Positions 58,778-64,000 of a DNA stretch of 64,000 nt are shown one piece after another. The number at the start of each line of letters is the position of its first letter. The stretch's first letter is position 1. The notes under the pieces are model-generated. The model did not search any database, had not been told where the DNA came from, and worked only from the letters and a program-made list of their open reading frames with translations. The DNA is taken from assembly GCA_963732385.1 (NCBI GenBank), contig CAVSZB010000005.1, positions 288,001 through 352,000 on the forward strand, in the 5' to 3' direction. Both the position numbers and the translations under genes were made by a program. This stretch comes from an uncultured bacterium (GTDB taxonomy: Bacteria > Krumholzibacteriota > Krumholzibacteriia > LZORAL124-64-63).

Positions 58778-59926
58778 CTATTCCCCTCTGTTGCGGTCAG
58801 CGCCGACCAGGAGGATCCGCGAACCGACATTATGAAAAAATTCGCGCGACCACACCGTCAAGGCGTCCGCATCCTTGACGAAGGGCGCGACGTCCTGCCT
58901 GGCGGACGTCACGTCGAGGTCGTGCGTTTTTTGCGCCAACCGCTCCCGGAAGAGACCTTCGGTCAGTACGCTGCCAGCAGAAAGATGCCCGCTCTGGCGC
59001 ATACGAGCAGCAAGGTGTCCAAGATCGAGCGGGGTCCCCTTCGCTACCAACCAAACGAAATCATACCAATCCCGCCCTTTGACCCGGGATTGCCACTGGC
59101 GGCACAGAACGGCGTGCATCTTGCCGGCAAAAAGGCACGCCGGTGTGAATGTGCGCACGGAAAAAGGAATGGGCTGCAGCAGGAAGCGCGATTCCGTCGC
59201 AAAACCGCCGGGCGGATTCGTGTCGACCTCCAGGCGGATCTTCAGGAGGCTGCCCTTGGGAATCGCTCTGACAATTTCTTCGTCCGTGGTGACGACCAAC
59301 ACTTCCCGATAGGTGTCGGCCTTCAGGAAAGCCGACTGCACCGCGCTGGGGCGCGTTTTTTCTTTTCTCTGGACACTGACCGTGAAACCGAAAGCCAGCA
59401 GCTCCTTCTCCAGCGCGCGGCCGTAAGCACCCAGATCGAAGTCCGGCGTTGCCGCCAGCAGAGAAAAATCCATGTCTTCGGAATAGCGATCCAGGCCGTG
59501 CAGGACGCGCAGAGACGTTCCCCGTAGAAGGCCGATTTCTCGAAGAACTTGCTCCGCCACAGGCCGAGCAGGACAATCTCCTGCATGATTTCACGCAAAG
59601 CATTGGTGTAGTCGGCGGAATAATGTTAAATTTTTGTTTAGAAAATTATAGTTTTAAAAATACGCTGGCGCGTTTTTTCTTTTCTCTGGACACTGACGTG
59701 AAAGAAAGCAGCAGCTCCTTCTAGCGCGCGGGTAAGCACCAGATGAATCCGTTGCGACTAGGACGCGCAGAGACGTTCCCCCGTAGAAGGCCGATTTCTC
59801 GAAGAACTTGCTCCGCCACAGGCCGAGCAGGACAATCTCCTGCATGATTTCACGCAAAGCATTGGTGTAGTCGGCGGAAGTTTGACAGTTGTAACGCGCC
59901 ATCATGCTGGCCACCGCTTCATGCAT
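58778..59926 (-). pseudogene. AbiEii/AbiGii nucleotidyltransferase toxin (type IV TA), interrupted by an internal duplication and frameshift
   Basis: N-terminus NALREIMQEIVLLGL....FF.K.AFYGGTSLR (from 59926); C-terminus LDRYSEDMDFS...KIRLEVD..PP...AGKMHA.L.R.W..RVKGRDWYD (58778-59520). Confidence 0.85.
59344..59879. repeat. Imperfect tandem duplication inside abiEii
   Basis: 59502-59620 equals 59760-59879 except for one C in a homopolymer; 59664-59757 is a deletion-riddled copy of ~59344-59455; AT-rich spacer 59621-59663. Confidence 0.9.
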
Positions 59927-60585
59927 GGGCCAGACCTCCTCCAGATTTCTGCAGGCGCTCGACCACCGATGCGAGCAGACGAATCTTCCTGGAACGGTAG
60001 CGCTCGGCATAGTCCCTGAGCAGGTCTGCCCGCAGGGATCGGGTTGTCGCGGGGTCGATTCTCAGATCTTCATCCAGGTAAGCCCGGATGTCTCCCTGAG
60101 TGCGCATGGCCGACTTGTCCGCATATAGCTTGTCGGCCAGGGCCTTTTCGGGTACGGCCAGCTACAAGATAGGTTCGGCCCAGCCCGACCTCGACGCGCG
60201 CCACGCCGGACCGGAAAGCGGCCAGCGGCACAGCTCGATAGGTGAACCGGCCGAGTGGGGTGGAGAATTCCCGGGACCGGCTGACAGTAACGGAGGTCAC
60301 CGTCTCGACACGTTCCGGAATGATACCGTGATGTTGAAGGGCGTACTCGAGGGAGACGTAGGATGGGCCGTAGATGAGATTGGCCAGGATTTCTTTGTGG
60401 ACCGGTGTGCGTCGTTCGTTCTCGCCAAAGACATACAGGCCCTTCTTGACGCGGATGATCGTGCCCTGGCCCAGCAGCCTGGTGATGCGATCGCGGGGAT
60501 ACTTGTAGTCGCCAAGGGCGGTCAGGAGGGTTTGGTAGTCGAACTCCTCGTAGGGGATTTGGCGGGTGAGGGACTGGGTGGGCAT
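59919..60585 (-). pseudogene. AbiEi-type antitoxin (type IV TA), frameshifted near 60161
   Basis: IIRVKKGLYV...LANLIYGPSYVSLEYAL..HG.IPERV; continues in another frame as PEKALADKLY...; its stop overlaps the abiEii start. Confidence 0.82.
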
Positions 60586-60746
60586 TGGAGGCTCCGGATT
60601 TTTATGTCCCATAATGCCAGTATGTCGATGTTTGGTCGACTTACTTAGTTAAAATATAGTATTTTTGGGGGCTGTCAATGCGTTTGTTGGTTGGCTTTTC
60701 CTGGCCCGGTAAGCCAGGGCGAAAGCTGACAATGGCCAAACACGAG

Positions 60747-60770
60747 GGCCCCGGGCAGATGCCCGGGGCC
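60747..60770 (-). terminator. Putative intrinsic terminator after the M1 peptidase gene
   Basis: Stem GGCCCCGGGCA/TGCCCGGGGCC ~30 nt after the stop at 60799; minus-strand tail CTCGTGTTT. Confidence 0.5.
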
Positions 60771-60798
60771 TTTCCTTAGGGAATCAGCTGCTCTGCGC

Positions 60799-62836
60799 TT
60801 ACCGCACCAGAGTCATCGTCTTCTTCAGGAGCAGATCCTCTCCGCGCAGCACGGCGAAGTAAATGCCAGAGGCGACGGCCTGGCCGCTGCGGTCGGTGCC
60901 GTTCCAGCGTACAGAGTTATCCCCGGCGGGCATTTCGCCCAGCGCCAGACTCTGCACCAGCTGTCCGCGCACGTCGTAGACCGTCAGTTCGATCGACATG
61001 GCGCGGGGCAGCGTGAAGCAGACCTCGGTGGCCGGGTTGAAGGGGTTGGGCACGTTGGCCAGGTGCTCGTTCGGTATTATTACCGCCGGGGTTTGCGACG
61101 ATAAGTTCCTTCTCGCAGAGCACCCAGTTTTCCGGATCGAGATTCAGGTCAAGAACCTGGCCGGGTACGGTGAAGGAATAGGACTCCACCTGCTCGCTGT
61201 TGTCGACGACGAAGGTCTGCTCGCCCAGATCCGTCGTAATCAGAACATCGAGCGGCATGGTGAACAGTCCGGTTCTGGCCTGAGTCTGCTCGATGCTCAG
61301 AGCGACCCCGCTCTCCTCGCCAACTGGCGACGAGGACCAGGAATAGGCATAGACGGGATAGTATTCCCCGTAGATCCACTGCTGGAAGAAGGCGCTCAGA
61401 TCCTTCCCTGAGGCGGCTTCCATCACGGCCTGGAACTGCTCGGTGGTCACGCTGGAGTGGGCGTAGGTTTGTAGATACAGGCGCAGCCCAGCGAAGAAAT
61501 CCTCCTCGCCCAACACATGGCGCAGCATATGGATGACCCAGGCGCCCTTGTAATAAACGAGATCGATGTCCCAGATTTTCGATTCGACGTCGGTGTTTTC
61601 AACATAGATGGTGCCGTTCCCCAGGTATTTATAGCTATCCATATAATAATTGTAACTGCTCGAGCTATAATAATATCCGGCCCAAAAAGCCTCGAACCAT
61701 TCCGCGATACCTTCATTCAGCCACAGGTGGTGGAAGTCGGCGGTGACCATGTCGCCGAACCATTGGTGAACAAGTTCGTGGGCGTAGAAGGCGGAATATC
61801 CGCTGGTATTCGCCACGCAGATTATGCTCGCGCAGGTCTGGTGCTCCATGCCGCCGCCCCACGTGAAGTGGGCGTGGCCATATTTCTCGGCGATGAAGGG
61901 GTAGGGGCCGAAGAGCTGCTCGGAGAGCGCCATGATGTCCTTGACAACACCGTACCCACCCAGCACGTCGTCCGAATAGGCCGGGAAGGTGTAGTACATC
62001 AAAGGCATGGATCGGCCATCGACCGCATGGTAGGTGTCTTCTGTGATCACGTAGGGATAAATGGCCAGGGAAACCAGGTAGGGCGCGATGGGATAGGATT
62101 CGTGCCAGTGGTACGTCGAACGGCCGGTTTCAGTGACCGTCACCCCTCGCAAGCTCCCATTGCTCACCACGTACAGAGGGTCGGTCACGGTCACGTGCAG
62201 GGACACCGAATCGGCCTTGTCCGAATTCAGGTCCTTGCAGGGCCACCAGTAGGATGATCCCAGACATTCGCTCAAGGTCCAGATCATGGGCTGGTCGTCG
62301 AAGGTGTCCCATGCGAAGTACTCGCTGGCCGGGTTGCCCTGGTAATCCACCTCGATGGTCACCGTTTCCCCCGTCAGATAGGTCCGATCCAGGGTCACCG
62401 TCAGGATATCCTTCCGGTGGTCGTGACCCAGGACCGTTGTGCCCGCTCGAATTTCGGTTACGTCCATGGAATCCTGCAGGTTCAAATCCAGCTCGCTCAG
62501 TTCGGGACCCACTACCTGGGCGACGACCGTGACCGAGCCGGTCAACACCTTCCGGTCGTGATCCAGGTCCAGATCCAGGTCGTAGAAAGTCACATCGAAG
62601 AGTTCCATGTTCGGGGTGGCGAGGGCCTTGGCCTGCATGGCCTTGGACAGGGCTCGGGCCTTGGCCTTGGCCTCCTGCAAATGCCATTGTCCGCTTGTGA
62701 TCTGGGTGTCGAAGTTGAGATCCTGAGAAACCGGGGCCAACGGAACTGAAGCTGGGGCAGCAAGCACTGGCATCGTGGCCGCAGCGATGATCAGAAGAAG
62801 GACCTGGGCGTAACGGAAGTGTTTTGAGCGAGCCAT
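60799..62836 (-). pseudogene. Secreted M1 aminopeptidase whose C-terminal FlgD-Ig module is out of frame (shift ~61065-61085)
   Basis: WWPCKD...DKA, GGMEHQT, HELVHQWFG...WLNEG, YYKGAWV.HMLR; the PNPFNP...ASGIYF...KTMTLVR module is in a different frame (60799-61053). Confidence 0.8.
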
Positions 62837-63006
62837 ATTAATTGACCCCCAAATGTTGAAGAGAAATTGCCTGGACGGGCGATTTCCACCTCGCTGTATC
62901 AAAAACAATACTGAATATCATATTGAGGGGTCAAGGCCCTGGACTTGTGTGACCGGTAGCTGCTTACAATCCAACAGGTGGGATATTAAGGGCGCGATCC
63001 CTGACC

Positions 63007-64000
63007 CTAGCAGATCCTCGGCAACAGCTCACCCGCCGGCACATCAACGATCCGCGTGCCGCCGATGGCCGTGCGGAGCAGGACGCGCGCGCGCGGCGTC
63101 GCGTCGACACGCCCGATGACGACCGCGCCGGCGCCGAGCGGCTGCGCCCGCAACGCCGCCAACGCCGCCGACGCCTGTCCCGCCGGCACGAACGCCACCA
63201 GCTTCCCCTCGTTCGGCAGGTGCAGCGGGTCGAAGCCGAGCATCTCGCACGCCGCGGCGACCTCCGGGCGCACCGGGATCGTCGTCTCGTCCAGCACCAG
63301 GCCCACGCCGCTGCGCGCGGCGATCTCGTTCAGCGCCGCGGCCAGGCCACCGCGCGTCGGGTCGCGCAGGGCGTGCACCTCCACGCCCGCGGCGTAGAGC
63401 GACTCGACCAGGCCGTGCAGCGGCGCCACGTCCGACGCGATCGCGGTGCGCAGGGCCAGCTCGCCGCGGGCGGCGAGCACGGCGATTCCGTGTTCGCCCA
63501 GGCTGCCCGAGACGATCACCGCGTCGCCGGGCCGGGCGCCGGCGGCGCAACAGTCGCGACCGGGGGGGACGGCGCCGACCGCAGCCGTGGCGATGTACAG
63601 CCCGTCCACCTTGCCCCGCTCGGCCACCTTGGTGTCTCCGGCAACGATCGCCACGCCGGCTTCAGCCGCGGCATCGCGCATCGAGTCGGCCACCCGCGCC
63701 AGCAGGGCGGTGTCGAACCCCTCCTCGATCACGAAGGCGGCGGCCAGGCCGAGCGGGCGGGCGCCCACCATGGCGAGGTCGTTCACCGTGCCGCAGACGG
63801 CGAGACGGCCGATGTCACCGCCCGGGAAGAAGAGCGGCCTGACGATGTGCGCGTCGGTCGTGAGAGCGAGCCGCGCGCCGGCCGGCAACGGCTCGCGCAG
63901 CGTGAGCAGTGCGGCGTCGTCGCCGGCGTCGAGCGTGGGATTGCCCAGTCGCGGCCGGAACAGCCGCTCGATCAGCTCAGCAGTGAGCCGGCCGCCGCCG
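63007..64000 (-). CDS. hypE: Hydrogenase maturation protein HypE (5' end outside the window)
   Basis: GGG.L...LI, DDAA, TTD...V.PLFFPGGDIG.LAV.GTVNDLA, GDTKV, RDPTRGG, NEGK, terminal PRIC. Confidence 0.96.
   Translation of the reverse strand, partial: GGGRLTAELIERLFRPRLGNPTLDAGDDAALLTLREPLPAGARLALTTDAHIVRPLFFPGGDIGRLAVCGTVNDLAMVGARPLGLAAAFVIEEGFDTALLARVADSMRDAAAEAGVAIVAGDTKVAERGKVDGLYIATAAVGAVPPGRDCCAAGARPGDAVIVSGSLGEHGIAVLAARGELALRTAIASDVAPLHGLVESLYAAGVEVHALRDPTRGGLAAALNEIAARSGVGLVLDETTIPVRPEVAAACEMLGFDPLHLPNEGKLVAFVPAGQASAALAALRAQPLGAGAVVIGRVDATPRARVLLRTAIGGTRIVDVPAGELLPRIC

Noticed and set aside
58743..63005. 8-bp inverted match GTCAGGGA/TCCCTGAC near the island edges as transposon ends
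   Set aside because: Too short to exceed chance; no transposase or target-site duplication seen.

Overview
A 64 kb, very GC-rich bacterial window with about 50 densely packed CDSs. I recognised no rRNA, tRNA, CRISPR array or transposase. Secreted proteins ending in a PNPFNP...FlgD-Ig module or a TWGxIKxLY tail suggest a Krumholzibacteriota/Latescibacterota/Eisenbacteria-like organism (inference). The window is rich in peptidases (M3, M14, S46, M64, M1, S26-like, plus an alpha/beta hydrolase) and also carries dinB, gdhA, larA, hypE, a FixLJ-like two-component system and two surface-glycan loci. The best candidates for uncharacterised systems are: (1) a kamA / ATP-grasp / ATP-grasp-GNAT / MBOAT operon; (2) gdhA followed by two acceptor-less PEP-synthase-like dikinases, one with an N-terminal GAF-like domain and a C-terminal nucleotidyltransferase; (3) an S26 peptidase-PqqD (RRE) fusion in an operon with GYF-AIM24 and a polyproline DUF533 protein; (4) a small monoheme protein with a putative C-terminal sorting tail. 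Positions ~58.6-63.0 kb are visibly lower in GC and hold a frameshifted, partly duplicated AbiE toxin-antitoxin pair and a frameshifted M1 peptidase; part of this damage looks like an assembly artefact. All family calls come from motif recognition by eye, not database searches.
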